Below, piece by piece: positions 13,901 to 27,530 of a DNA stretch of 64,000 nt (the first letter of the stretch is position 1; each line of letters starts with the position of its first letter). The notes below the pieces were generated by a model. The model was not told the DNA's origin and made no database searches. It was given only the letters and a program-made list of their open reading frames with translations. A program made the translations under genes and the position numbers. This DNA comes from Camelus ferus (taxonomy: Eukaryota): positions 111,602,001-111,666,000 of the forward strand of contig NC_045697.1 of assembly GCF_009834535.1 (NCBI RefSeq). The letters run 5' to 3'.

Positions 13901-15425
13901 TTTTAAAGACTCTGTTATAAACAATGAACAGCACTGTCAGAGTGGGACACTTGTGAGGCGCTCGAATAGGGAGGAGGAGGTTGAGGAACCATTTCTAGCA
14001 TTTCCATGTCTTTTATCACTCCTATTTCTCACCTTTCTTTTGCCACTTTTCCCAGCATTGCCATCACTGGCAGGTAAGGGGGCAGCAATACGACTTGGCC
14101 ATGCGGCTGATGGGGCTACATTTCCCAGCACTGGAGTGAAAAGGCACTGGAAGAGGAGCAGAACCAGCTGGAAGATGTGAACCGCAGTCCTGGCCTGTGC
14201 CCAACACTGACCAGGTGACCCTGGGTTAGGCTCTTAGTCTCTCCGGGCTTCTGGCTGTGTACTTATAAGATAAGGTTTCATCATTCCACAAATATGTCCA
14301 ATATGAAATGTAAGGTGAAAGTCAAACATAATGATATCTCACCTTCTTGCCTCAGGGAACTGTACAGGCACTGAACACTATGTGAATATAAATGCAGAGT
14401 TAAGAAAACTGTTGAGGTAAAGCGCTAAACTGAACATGGAGTTAAACTTTTATGGATTTTCTTGGCCTTCCGCAGTTTTAATTGCAACGCTGAATTAAGT
14501 TATTAGCTATACTCCACACCACCGCCCCTGTGAATAAATCAAGTAGGTAAGCACTGCCTGGGTGCCCACTATTGCCCAATGCTAAGCAGGGTGAGGGGTA
14601 TAAAGGAGGCTGAACACGGGCGCCTTCTCCAGTTACCAGCTAAGTCAGGAGGCACACTGGAAACCACCCGGGAATGGCACGAAGTCAGTATTCAAAGGCA
14701 AGATTAAGGGCTACCGATCACAAACAGTGCAGGAGTACAAAGAGGAGCTAGAAGGAGTTGGGGTAAATAGGGAAGACTCTATGAAGGGGATGGGGCTCCA
14801 ACTAGTTCTCAGGGCAGTTCTAAGCTGTTTGAACTGAGGACTGGATAGGAAAAGGCTGGAGACTCCTGCCTTATGAGGCACAGGTTACCCTAGGAAGTTA
14901 AGGCACATAATGATTGCAACAGATAAGGTAAGGCCAAAATGATGGAGGGCCAAGACTACCTAGCTGAGAGATCTGGTTGTGGTAAGTCTTTGACTTGACT
15001 CTAGATGTTGGAGGGTCAAAATTGTAGGTGGACTGAAAGGTGGGGAGAGAATAGCCAAGAGTTCAACGGAAGGAAAAATTCAGGTTAGCAGGGATGAAAG
15101 CTCTTCATCAGAGTATCAGCAATCAGAATGGACACTTGAAACCAAGAATGTACAGTTCTGGGAGCTGATAAAATGTGGAGGATGGTGAGAGAAAGAGAAA
15201 TCAAAGACCATTACAAGGCTTTGGGTATCCAGGACCGGAAGAATGATTATTCCACTGAATAAGTGGAGATGCTACAAGTGGAAGTCAGTTCAAGAAAAAG
15301 ATTACGAACACAGTTTAAGACATTTTGAATCTGACGTATGAGCTAAGAGTAGGTGTTCTATAAGAAGCTCAAAATTCAAAACTGAAGCACAGACCTAGAG
15401 TCCAGACTTAAGATATACAGATGGA

Positions 15426-16660
15426 CAAGACATGATAAATCTCCTAGAAGAAAACAAAGGCAAAACATTCTCTGACATAAATCTTAGCAGCGTTCCCCTA
15501 GGGCAGTCTACCCAGGCAATGGAAATAAGGGCAAAAATAAACAAATGAGACCTAATTAAACTCAAAAGCTTTTGCACAGCAAAGGAAACCATAGGCAAAA
15601 CAAAAGGACAACTTACGGAATGGGAGATAATATTTGCAAGTGATGCAACTGACAAAGCCTTAATTTCCAGAATATATGAACAGCTCATACAACTTAATAA
15701 GAAAAAACCAAGCAACCCAATCCAAAAATGGGCAGAAGACCTAAACAAACAATGCTCCAGTGAAGGCATACAAATGGCCAACAGGCATATGAAAAAATGT
15801 TCAATATCACTAATTATCAGAGAAATGCAAATCAAAACTACAATGAGGTTATCACCTCACACCATTCAGAATGGCATCATTCAAAAGTCCATGAATGATA
15901 AATGCTGGAGAGGGTGTGGAGAAAAGGAAACTCTCCTACACTGTTAGTGGAAATGTAGTTTGGTGCAGTCATTATGGAAAACAGTTTGGAGAGTCCTCAA
16001 AATACTAAACATAGACTTACCATATGATCCAGCAATCCCACTTCTGGGTATACACGTGGAGGGAACTCTAATGTGAAAAGATACATGCACCCCAATGTTC
16101 ATAGCAGCACTATTTACAATAGCCAAGACATGAAAACAACCTAAATGTCCATCAAAAGATGACTGGATAAAGAAGTTGTGGTATATTTATATAATGGAAT
16201 ACTACTCTGCCATAAAAAATAAAATAATGCCATTTACAGCAACATGGATGACCTGGAGAATGTCATTCTAAGTGAAGTAAGACAGAAAGAGAAAGAAAAA
16301 TACCATATGATATCACTTATATGTGGAATTCAAAAAGAAAAAAGACACCATGAACTCATCTACAAAACAGAAACAGACTCATAGACATAGTAAAGAATCT
16401 TATGATTACTGGGGAAACAGGGTGGAAAGGGATAATTTGGGAGTTTGAGATTTACAAATGTTAGCCATTATATATAAAAATAGATTTTAAAAGAAGTTTC
16501 TTCTCTATACACAGGGAACTATGTTCAATATCTCGTTATAACCTTTAATGAAAAATAACATGAAAATGAATATATGTATGTATATGCACAACTGGGACAC
16601 TGTGCTGTACACCAGAAATTGACACATTGTAATCGACTGTACTTCAGTTAAAAAAAAAAA
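15426..16660 (+). mobile_element. 5'-truncated LINE-1, antisense in KLHL2 intron 1
   Basis: ORF2 3' end, 3'UTR and polyA; perfect 16-bp TSD AAGATATACAGATGGA at 15410-15425 and 16661-16676. Confidence 0.96.
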
Positions 16661-19092
16661 AAGATATACAGATGGAGCCACAACTTACTGATTAATAGCT
16701 GAAGAGAAGAAGTGGCCAAGGCCTGCATCTGTGAGAAACAGCTACTGCCAACAGACAGAAGCCATGTAAGCCAAAAAAGCAATCAACAGAGAGATTACAG
16801 TCCCAGTTGCTCCTCTACTTATAAGTTGAGGAACGTAACTTAACCTCTGAAAACTAATAATAAGAGAGGTTGTTAATAAGGTAGGTTGTTGACAGAATTA
16901 AATGAGATAAAGTAATACAGTAAATCACATTTAACCACCTAAAAACTAGAGTGGGAAACCATGAAAAGGTATTGTCATGGAAAGCAAGAGCTTGTTTTTC
17001 AAGGCAGGACCAGAGAAAAGAACTAGTCAAAAAAATACTTTAGCAAATGCCCATAACCTGAAATGTGAGAAAGAAAGCAACACAATGCAAAGTAACAGTA
17101 ATTGTATCATATATTTGTTTACTCTCAGTTTCAACCATGAGGAAAAGGACTTTGTTTTGTTTTCTGAGATATTCCCTAAGTCTAGTCATAGCAGACACCC
17201 AATATATATGAATAAAAAACCCAAACTCCCCCATTATAAGCAGTAAATACATTAAGACTGGCAGAATTCTATAGAAGAGCATCTGAAAGGCAATTTTCAT
17301 TCTTTATCACCTTGAAAGAAACTTCCACCTGATCTTAAGAAAGACGTTCACCTGTTTTCATAAACACTCTCGGTGTTTACAGCCACAGCTAGGTAAATTT
17401 ACAGTCACCCCACACAAAAGCACATTTACTAATATTTACTGCATGCCTACTATGTACATGAGAAAATGTAAATTAGAAACAAGAGATTTAGGGCTATTTG
17501 GTGGGAGAAGGAGGAGTGATTACTCAGAATCTGTAAGACTAATACATAATTGCTACTTATTTTTAGAATCCACTTCTCATGTTCCCAAATGCACTTCAAA
17601 TTTTTCCTTATATATGACACTTTCTTCAGCACACACAGATTCATGTGTCTTTTTTCAACATTAACTTGTAGGCCATTATTGCTCCTAAATATTTTAACTG
17701 TCTTTGTCTATTACTAAGGATATTTGCCTATGATCTGAGAGATGCCCAATTTACACTTGGGACTAAACAAAAACAAGAATATATTCCTATAAAAGACAAA
17801 CAAATGAATATTGGGGTGACCTGTGACAAGGTTTCAAATTCATGGTAATTGAATCTTAGAATTAGAATGAACATTAAAGCTTATCTGGTCCAGTGAATTG
17901 CAAATGTCAGGCTTCAATGAACTTTTTATTGGTCTGTGACGAAATGAGGACAGTGTAGTAAGTTTTCATGAGACTAAACGCATTCAACTTAAGAACTATC
18001 CTTTAATCTGAGATTATGTCCTTTGTATTGGGAAACGGACACTAAAATGTCCTTTCTTTTACAAAAGAATGATGATATTTGATAATTATTTTATCAATTT
18101 TTTTCTCTATTTGGCGAAATAAAACGTAGCAATTTTATGTTAGACTTCAACTTTTGTTTTGTTTGAATTTACAGTAAGTGAAATCCAAAAGTATGTGAAC
18201 CTCTACTCTAATCCAACCAATTCTGCACTGCCTAAATCCCTTAGAACACAGTCAACAAGACATTTGTCTGCCTATGCTGAACATCTCTGACATTTAAGAG
18301 CCACCAGTGACATGGAATCGACTGAAAATAAAAATATGGTTGTATATCTGAGGTACACTTACTTAATTTCATGAAGGAAAAGCAGAAAAGCAAGGCTGGT
18401 AGAGAGAAAGCCAACTTGTGAAAGAGGGCCAGTAGGAAAACGAAGGCCAAGGAAACTCTGCCGTGAGGGGAGGTCAGAGAGATGCACTCTGTCCTATACT
18501 TAGAGTCTTCCCTCAACTTAGTAATTATGAAAATCCTTTACAAAAATAACTATAAAAACTATAATGTATAAAACATTCCTGGGGTCAGGGCTGATGAGTT
18601 TACATTTCCTTTCCTGTATCTCAGTTTACTGTCTGAGACTCCTCTGCTAACCTACATATAATTTTAGTTGCACACTTTTCAGATTCAATCAGAGGCTAAT
18701 GTCTTATGGTCTTCATATTACCCAGACCCCAAAATGTAACAGAATCTAAAAATCACTGATACTCAAGGATGCAAAAAACAATAAACAGAGATATAAAGCC
18801 CAATGCCAATCAACATGAGAGTCAAAAAGGATGCGAACTTGGAGGCAAGGAGTGGAAAGAGCAGAAGAGATCAAAAAACTTAATCTCAACAAGCCCACCT
18901 GAAAGAACAAGGCAGCCCTCCATCCCTCCAAGACAATGTAAAACAGGCTGTCAGGGAGCAAGTTGGGGTTTGAAAACAATGCAAAACTGGCTATTAAGAC
19001 AGAAGCATAAGCAAAAGCATCACACTCAGTGCTTGGCAGAGACAGGCATTCAAACATTTGCAGAACAAATGAATTAATAAACAGACACTCAT

Positions 19093-19130
19093 ACAAAGAG
19101 GATCTGAGTCCCTGTTTCCAACCACATCAT
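19093..19130 (-). other. KLHL2: Homologue of the KLHL2 alternative first coding exon (MMWLETGTQILFV) with a non-canonical donor
   Basis: Minus strand ATG ATG TGG TTG GAA ACA GGG ACT CAG ATC CTC TTT GT|ATGAGT resembles the recalled human isoform N-terminus MVWLEARPQILFV-CTKQ; it lies ~2 kb into intron 1. Confidence 0.75.
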
Positions 19131-20849
19131 CCAAGGCACTTTTAAGTCCAAGTCAATCTTCTTTGCCTTAAAGCTCAGGCTAAAAATCTAACCTTATGAA
19201 AAACTGATCCCTCTCAATAACTGCCACTGGCCTCTGTCCTAGCCCAGTTAGTTCCAGCACAGTGAGACTCGAAAAAGCTCCCCTCCCCAAGAACTGCCAG
19301 CGCTCAAATCTGGCACCCATGATTTGGCGTGGAAGGAAAAACAAGTTATTAGAGTGGAGGCAAACAGACAAAAGGATGGGAAGAAAAACTATTTCTTATG
19401 TACAGAAAGGCAAAAAACACTATCACGAGTTCTAGGATTAGGGCTAGTCCTAGATAGACCAAATGCAAATAAACTTATTTGTATTTATTATTAAATGAAC
19501 AGAAACAAAATTTCTCCAAATTTAGCCACCCATGATTGAAAGTTGTTTTTTTTTTGTTTTGTTTTCTTTAACTATTCTACCATCCCTGTTGGCATTCAGG
19601 CTTTCCACTACATCTCAGCCTCTCACTGTTCTAGCACTACTGAGGGCGTCTCAGTACCAAAGACCTGTGCTGGACACCAAAATTATGAGTTGATCTGGTC
19701 TAGATTCAGTTTATCGATATTTGCATACACCCATTTATTTTATTTTTAATTATTTATATTTAAATCATTTTCTACATCTCTACTCTTTCCCTCCAGAGCC
19801 TGCTTTTCCACACCCTTTTTTTCACCTGCATTCTAATGTCCCCCTTTTCTTTCCTTTAGTTCCCTCTGCTCCAGAAGTAAAAAAAAAAAAAAAAAAAAAA
19901 AGACGAGGGGGGTGGCAGGGAACTGGTATGAAAGGGGCAGGTTTACGACAGATAACATCCTATGCGGGATATTCTCAATACTTCCAGTTGTCTACGGACA
20001 GGTAACGTTTCCTGCCTTGCATGCCTCTGAGCCTAGACAGAACTCATGTGCTGATGCTGTGCTCCCACTGCTGAAGTGAACAATCCACCATCGCGTTTCC
20101 TTGACGTTCAGGATCCTTCCTGAACCTGCTGAAAAACATAACCGAACTGAGCCCTTGTTCCTCCAGTCCAGGGGGGTAAATTCAAGAGTCCTATGTACTC
20201 CTTAGATCCCCATGATCTGTTCCACTCGAGCTAAAATTTCTGCAAGGCACTTTTAGAAATTGTAGTTCCAGAATCCTATTAGCTCTCCTAAAAGGACTCA
20301 ACACCAAAAAATTATTCAGCCTAAGCCCAATATTTATATTTCGGCTGGCATTCTGCCAAATAACCACAAAAGGCTGGTGTGGTACAAATGCCATGGAATC
20401 AAGCTGGTCAAATCTAAGCGGAAAACGATAAAGCTCCAAAAATAAGCTGTCAGGAAGAGGTACACCATTCTTCAGAACGGTATTTGCGGTTTCAAAAGTC
20501 AGATTCAAAGCGTTCTTCCTTCATAAAGGTTAAACTAAGGAAAGCAAATCAAAATTGAAATGTCCAAAATTCCTGGGGATTTAGAGTCGACTTTTAACAA
20601 AATGCTAAAAAAGAATCTTGTACTGAATAATGCAGTATCTTCAATGTCTTCCACATAATCGCTCAGTTGTTATTTCTGGAAGCAATTTTGTTGCAGGTGG
20701 TCTCGACTGTATTTAGGTACCAAGGAAAAAGACACCTGTGCCTGGCATGTCGTACACTACTAATTCGCCCAGGGTGCCCGGGAAACAGAAGATGCTGTGA
20801 TTTCCGAACACGATTTTCTGCAGTGCCAGGTAAAAGAGGTCATATGCCC

Positions 20850-21930
20850 TAAACAGCCGCGGCCCGTTCAGAGTGATGTGCAAGCTTCTCTGACAGAATT
20901 TTGCTAGGAATTCGGAGAAGCAGGTAAGCTGAGAGGAATTCCTCTCCACACCACCGGCGTCTGTACTTTGCAGCTTCCTTTTCCGACGGCCCCGCACGCA
21001 TCCCGCGTCTCCTTCCCGCGGATGCTCGGCCCTCCCGGGGCTCCAGCTCGCCGGCGGAGGACCCTCCCCACACCCCGCGCGGCGACGCCCCGCCCGCCGC
21101 CCGGCCGGGTCCGGCCGCAGCGGCCCCGCCCGCCACCCGTCCGATCACTCACGCGGGAGGCCGCGGCGGCGTCTCCATGGCGGCTCCTCTCGGGCTTCAG
21201 CTCGCGGGCGCCCACCGCCGCCAGCACCATTCCAGCCGCGGACGCCGGCCCCGCCCGCCCGCAGCGCCGCGTCCCATTCGCCCGGGCGCCTGCCCGCCCG
21301 CCGCCGCTCTGCACCCGCGCCCGCGCCTGAACCCGCACCAGCACCGGCGCCCGAGGCTGCCCAGCTCCGCCAGCCCTGCTCGGCGGCCCCGCTCCGCGGG
21401 TGCGCTCCGACTGCCGGCGCTGCTGGGGGCGGGGCGGCAGGCGGGCACTTCCGGGTGTGACGCGCCCTCGAGGCCCCGCCCCGCGCCGCCCCTTCCTGCT
21501 GCCGCCGAGTGGGTTCCTTAGGGTGGGTCTGCCCTCCGGGACTCCGGGGCTGGAGACGCTGGGCGTGGTTCTGCCGGAAAGCGCGGCTTTCCGGCGGTCA
21601 GCGTCCACTGACTGCCCGGCTCCGCACGCGCGTTCGCTCCGTTCTCTCCCAGCCTGAGCCCAGGGAGGAGAAGGAGTGCGGGTACGCGACCTTTGCTCTA
21701 CAGATGGAGAAACTGAGACAAGAAGAAATGACTCGCCGGTCCTGGGTCCCAATCAGGGACCGGGGTCTCCCTGCTCAGGCTGTGGTCCGCTCGGTGCACC
21801 TGCGGGGAGAGGTCTTGGCGCTTGGACGGGATGCGGAGCAAAACCAGGTCTCCGTGACAGCGGACCTGTCCATCTGGACACGACAAACCCGATGCTTGCC
21901 GTGAAGATAGAAAATAACCGGGGCGAGGAG
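20850..21930. promoter_or_regulatory. CpG-island promoter of KLHL2
   Basis: Very GC- and CpG-rich against an AT-rich background. GC box GGGGCGGGGC at 21426-21435; ETS/GABPA site CACTTCCGG at 21446-21454 followed by a TGACG half-CRE; contains exon 1. Confidence 0.93.
21153..21178 (-). CDS. KLHL2: KLHL2 coding exon 1 (METPPRPP + 2 nt of the Ala codon)
   Basis: Minus strand reads GGAGCCGCC-ATG-GAGACGCCGCCGCGGCCTCCCGC|GTGAGT: optimal Kozak context, 26 coding nt and a canonical donor at 21152. It joins exon 2 in phase to give METPPRPPACTKQGHQKPLDSKDD..., matching the recalled KLHL2 N-terminus (human METPPLPPACTKQ...). Confidence 0.95.
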
Positions 21931-22092
21931 ACGGATGCTAAATAATGGTTACAGGAAAGGCCTCTCAAACCATGTCATTTAAACAGATGGAACAAAGCGA
22001 AACTTGAGTAATGCAAAGAGTGCTCAGGCAGAGGGAAGAGCAGTGCAAAGACTCTTGGCCGTCGAAGAACCAGGATAGTACAGTGTAAACTG

Positions 22093-22270
22093 ATGGTTCC
22101 CCAGTTAGGCCGCTGAACAGCAGTAGCATCTGGGAACTTGTTAGAAATGCGAATTCTCCAGGCCCAGTTCAGATCTGCTGAATCAGAAATTCTGCGGGTG
22201 AGGCCCAGCAACCTGAACTATAACAAGCCCTCCAGAGCATGCTGGTGCCCGCTAAGATTTAAGAACCTGT
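22093..22270. mobile_element. MER5A-like hAT-Charlie element
   Basis: CATCTGGGAACTTGTTAGAAATGCGAATTCTC...CTGAATCAGAAATTCTG...AACAAGCCCTCCAG. Confidence 0.8.
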
Positions 22271-25200
22271 ACGGTCTCTGAGGCAGAGTGAGGACAGCAT
22301 ACCGTAAGAGGAGGTGGTGTGGGGGAAGCGGTGACAGGTCACATAGGCCTGGTAGGCCGTCAAAAAAGATTTGGCTTTTCCTGAGAAGAGAAACAATGAA
22401 AAGTTGTGAGCAGCTTGATCTGATCATTAAAAGGACGACTTTGCTGGGATTTGTTCTAAAATTCTCTACCAAAAAAAAGGGAGGGTAGGGAATAGAAGAA
22501 AGAAGATGGACAAAATATTAATTTTTGACGCTGAGTGATGAGTGCATGGGGATAGTTATTTATGTGTATCTATGTGTATGTCTTGAAAGGTTTATAATAA
22601 AAAACATTTTTTTAAAGATGACTGGCTGCTATATGAGCCATATATGTACTGAAGAAAGAGAACTGGTCAGATTCTGATTTTACTGACAAGATAAAGCAAA
22701 AAAGAAGAGAAAAAGAATTGCTGATAGATTAGGTATGAGTGTGAGAGGAAAAGCAGTGGAAGATGGTCCCAAGGGTTTTGGTCTGGGCTCTTGGGAGTGG
22801 AGATGGCCGTGTAGATGGTATTTAAAGACTGGTTGAGATCAACCAGATAATGTAACTAGAGAAAAGAAAGCACCAAGAAGTGAGCCCCAGGGCACTCCAA
22901 CACTAGGACAATAAGATAAGGAGGATTTAGAGAAGGAGACAGGGGAGGAGCAGTAGTAACGTCGGGGGAACTGTCTTGGTGCCCTGTTGAAGCCTTCCAG
23001 GCAAAGGCCATATCTAGTATGCCTTAACATGAGCTCACCCCTGTTTAACCTGGTGGCGTTATTGATCCCTCAAGTATAAGGCATATCTGTTGAGTTATTT
23101 CTTTAGTGTTAGTGAAGATTTTATTCTGATCCGTAATAAAACTTCCTACTTTATTAGGTCATTGTAAGAATTACGTAGAATAATCTATTTAAAGCATATA
23201 GCACTAAGTGTATAATGGAAGTACTTGATAAGTATTCACTGCTATTATTATTTCTACGCATTTCCATGACCATCAGTTATACTTTACTCAGCGAGGAATT
23301 GAGGTCAAGTGCTAGACCCAAGAGACACACTAACAGGTTTGATCAAAACTTTGGCCAGACTTCCTTCTTCTGTGTGTAAGCAGAGTGAGCAGGACTGTTT
23401 GATCAGCGATTTCAGAAGCTTTCAGGAAAAAACAAAACAAAATCATAAAACTCTCCTAGTGCTTTTGTGTCTTCCCACCCCAAGTGATGCTATTGGTATA
23501 AGTAAATGCTGAAAAGTTAGGATATGTCAATCTGACAAGTAGGCACACAACTCCAAACCATAACCCCTTTCACATCCTCGCCTGGATTAGTTTTGTCCAT
23601 TACAAATCTCTGCTTCTTAAGGGATCCAGGTCAGCTAGCCTGCTAAATGTCTACTCAAACCTTTTCTTTTTCACACCTATTCCTAAATTTGTAAGCTTTA
23701 TAAGTCATCTGGGAGAGGGTACTTTTTACCCACATACAGCTCAACATTGCTAAGAGTTACATGACAGCCCACAAGCTGTAGTATCCTGGTGTGGTGGCCA
23801 CCAGGTAGATTTGAAGACAGTCCATATTCCTAATCCAATACTCTGCCCTGACTCCACTCCCTGCAGAGACGCTGAAGAGCTGGGTCCACAGCTCAAACTT
23901 CATCTATGAATCTTGAAGCAATTTGAAGTTGTTAATCTACACAGCACTTTGGTGGTTTTCTGAAAAGACAGTGACCAGACCTTTGGCTTTCAGACATAAG
24001 CAGACCTGCTTAAGAGCAGTAGCCATTTATGAGGCCAAAGTTTCCATTTGCATCTTTGTGTGGGCCAAGTCACTTCACCAAGCTGGTCCTTGGCCAGATG
24101 CAGCCTCAACACTTAACCCTGTCTCACCAACCACAAGAAAAAAGAAAAAAGTTTGACAGGATGAACACAAATCCATCTGTAGGGAAGAAAACTTTTGATA
24201 TGTTTTCCTTTGTATGTCAGTTTCACCATTTTCTCAAGTAAAGGACACAAAGGATTAGGGGCAGCTACCCAACTCCACCAAGGACCCCCTGTCTCCATTT
24301 CCCTTGGCACAGGAACTAACTCGATGTGCTGAGGTGTTTGACCTGCTCAGGTCATTAGCTCTGATCACCTACCTATGCTTTAGATGAGGTCTTCGCTCCC
24401 CCACACAGGGATGAGATCTTACAGGATTTATTATACTTCGAAATAGAACAATTCCTTAGCTGTGCTTGTAACCATAACCTATAGCTAATATGAGAAACCA
24501 GAACACATCACCAGTAAAGAAGATGGAACCATGCAGAGGAACAAGTCTGTGACAGTAGCTGGTAGCAAAAATGACTTTGATTGTGTTTAAATCACATGGT
24601 GCAGTAGAACTCATGACATGATAGGACAGACACAAGCACATCACATGGCAAGAGTCTGGAAACTGAGAATTGCTCCTGTAAAGAAAAGACTCAATTTCAC
24701 CAAAGAATATAAAACTCTAAGATTCTGTTTTTGTAATTCCTTCCAGTGTAAAGGTAGGAAGAATGAAAAGCATCACTCATTCAAAAATGGGGCATTAAAG
24801 ACAACGGAAACCTTCTAAAAGCTCCTGTTTTCTATCCTAAAGAGTTAGTCTAAAATGTATCACTTGAGTTGTTTTTCTCATTTTAAATTAAGGTTTTTGC
24901 TTTTATTATTTTGATTTGGAATCAGCTTAGTGCACATAATATATTATGAAGCTTTTCAAATTATTCTTGTGAGACTTCGCTGTTTAGCAAATGGATTTGT
25001 CAATACGTCAAAGTATTTATTACAGTGTTTGTGATGTGAAATGAGCTGATGTGCGTCTTCTGCTTCAGACCAACAGAAAATCTTTAATTGAAGGAATTCA
25101 TTTCTGTGAGTCCAGTTTATTCTACAAATGTTGCTTCCTTGTTTTCATAGTCTTGAAGATTCAAACCTTATTTCCAGCACCACACACCTGCCAATTATCC

Positions 25201-26612
25201 TGTATCAGAGGTTCCTGGAAAAAATGAAAGCAAATTGTTTACTGCAAAGTTTAATCGGAAATCTGTTGGAATAGGTACAGGAAGTATTCAAAAATAGACT
25301 TCACACTAATGTATATCAGGTTAGCAGTTTTTCTGTCCTTTTTTTATGGAAAGGAAATTTACTTAATCTATTTTCACTTGTACATAGTTCTATGGTATCT
25401 ATTTATGTGGTCTGGTGATGTAATACCTCATTATGGCATTATCTAAGACAACATCTTTCTACACAGTCAGCAATGCTGAGAGAAGAAAAAGCAAGTAAAA
25501 CTTCTTGATAAATTAGACGAAGCATTATGAGCTTGGTGTCATTCATCTCAGGTCACACACACACACGCACATACACACACAAACACACACATACACACTT
25601 CTACCCACTTTTCTGTTTGTCCATCACAGCTATTAATAGCACTAACCCTAAACTAAATTGTGAAATAATTGGGTTTTTTGCCTTTCTCCTTTTCCCCATA
25701 GCGTTCCCTTTTTTCCCTTTTGGTATCAGTACATCTATCACCTCTCACCATCACCAACTACAGGACCCCACTGTGCTCTCTTCATCCCTAATCAAACTTA
25801 GAAATTATCTAATATCAGTTAGAATGATTAGTGGATTGCACTGCAATACAACAGACCAACTTGATCTTGGCATTATTTTAGCCAAATAATGTCTTCGTAC
25901 CCTAACCCGTATTCTCTTTCCTCTCAGAATGCATTCCAACACCTTCTATATTATTTCAATCACAACATTTTTGATGAAAAAGTGTGATGTTGAAACCTAT
26001 CTTTTCCATTAATAGAGGTATTTCTGTATAGCACTGTCAATGGAATGCTTTAATAAAGGACCATGCTGAAAGAGATGAAAAATATTCTTCTTAAACTCTT
26101 GACTTTTGGAGACCAAACCTCTAGGAGTCTGTATTATTTGTTCAAATTGTTCACATGGTAATGTGAAAAGATAAGTCTTGAGTTTCCACATGAATCCAAA
26201 AATTCAAGCTCAACCCAAGTCTTGGAATTATTTTTGCAAGTAAGGATCCTTTGCCAAGAAATCCTTTCTCATTCTTAATCTGGTACTAGTCAGCTTCGGG
26301 AAGCAGAGAAGCACGTTTAGTGCAGGATATAAGTGGTTAATCAATTCCTGAGGCATCCATATTTCTTCATTTCTTCTGTTAAGATCTTGGTAATAATCCA
26401 ACCCACAAAATAGAAGTGAATCCAGGCCTCATATGAGAACTGTTCTTCATTGAACTAAAAATGAACCTAAGCTTCCATTTTGAAGTCCTTGTTAAAAGCT
26501 AACTAAAATTAAATCATGAGAAAAATATTCCTAGTCGTATTTTCTGAAGCAAAATGATTCAAGCCAATTTTATTTTATTATACTAATCTGAACTGTGTTA
26601 TACTTGGGTATT

Positions 26613-27530
26613 TTCTTTTGAGAGTTATGTTTTATTCAGCGGACATTTCTGAGGACGTGAACCTCTTCAAGTCAAGCCGGGGATGACAGCCTCTCAGATG
26701 GCTCTGAGGGACTGCTCCAAAGAGGTAGGGGAGGAGCCAGGATATATCGGAGCTTTACAACAAAGACCAGGTAGTCGGAACATCAAAGGATTACTGTTAA
26801 TTAAGGAAAACCAGACATCTCAAGTTAAAGAATTTAGTGCTTTTCTATGTATGGGAGGGAGCAAATGTCTGGGCTCATTGAAATCATTCCTTTGACAAGC
26901 ACCTAGCTATCTAGGGCCAGTATCCTGTCCTTTCACATCCCTCAGGGGGTACCACTGGGGATGGCTGCAGAGGCCAGGCTGCCTTCTTGTCTGCATCCTG
27001 AGTTGGCTGATGACTTGATGGCTTCAGCATTCTTTGTTTACTGATATGGCTCACAGTACTTTCTGTTCACGGTGCTCCCCCTTGGTCCTAAATTCGACCA
27101 ATATTTTGGGAAGACAATTCATGACCAATTTTGTCCATGGCCCTAGGGAGACTCATTCCTAGATCAGGCAAAGATTTTGCTGTTATGTCTCTCAAGGTAT
27201 TAATTTTTGGATCAGGCCCTATGGATAACCAAAAGTTCTCTGGATCGCCTGTCTTACTAGTCTATTATGATCCGGGAAATATTGCTTCTTCCTATACCTA
27301 GAATCACACTATTATTATTATTTTATGCAGGATTATAAATGTTATTTATTTCATCAATCTTGTCGGAGGCCTAGTTACACATTGGGAAATGCAAGAGACT
27401 ACAATCTTATAAAATAGAATATAGGTAATACAACTAGTAACATTAATAAAGTCATACAAAGCATAAACAATTTAGAAACAAAGAACAAATTAAAACAATG
27501 GTTAGTATAACTAGTGGTAATCTGGTTGCA
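26613..27530 (-). mobile_element. ERV1 (MER41-like) 3' internal sequence plus U3-R, apparently retroposed as a processed copy
   Basis: Polypurine tract AGGGGGAG (27082-27075) precedes an LTR-like sequence (~27071-26620); AATAAA at 26636-26631; short A-tail; 14-bp direct repeat TATACTTGGGTATT at 26599-26612 and 27531-27544. Confidence 0.8.

Noticed and set aside
20849..21968. Long overlapping ORFs (up to 282 aa) on both strands
   Set aside because: Arg/Pro/Gly/Ala-rich products expected from stop-poor CpG-island DNA; only the 26-nt exon and the uORF have splice or Kozak support.
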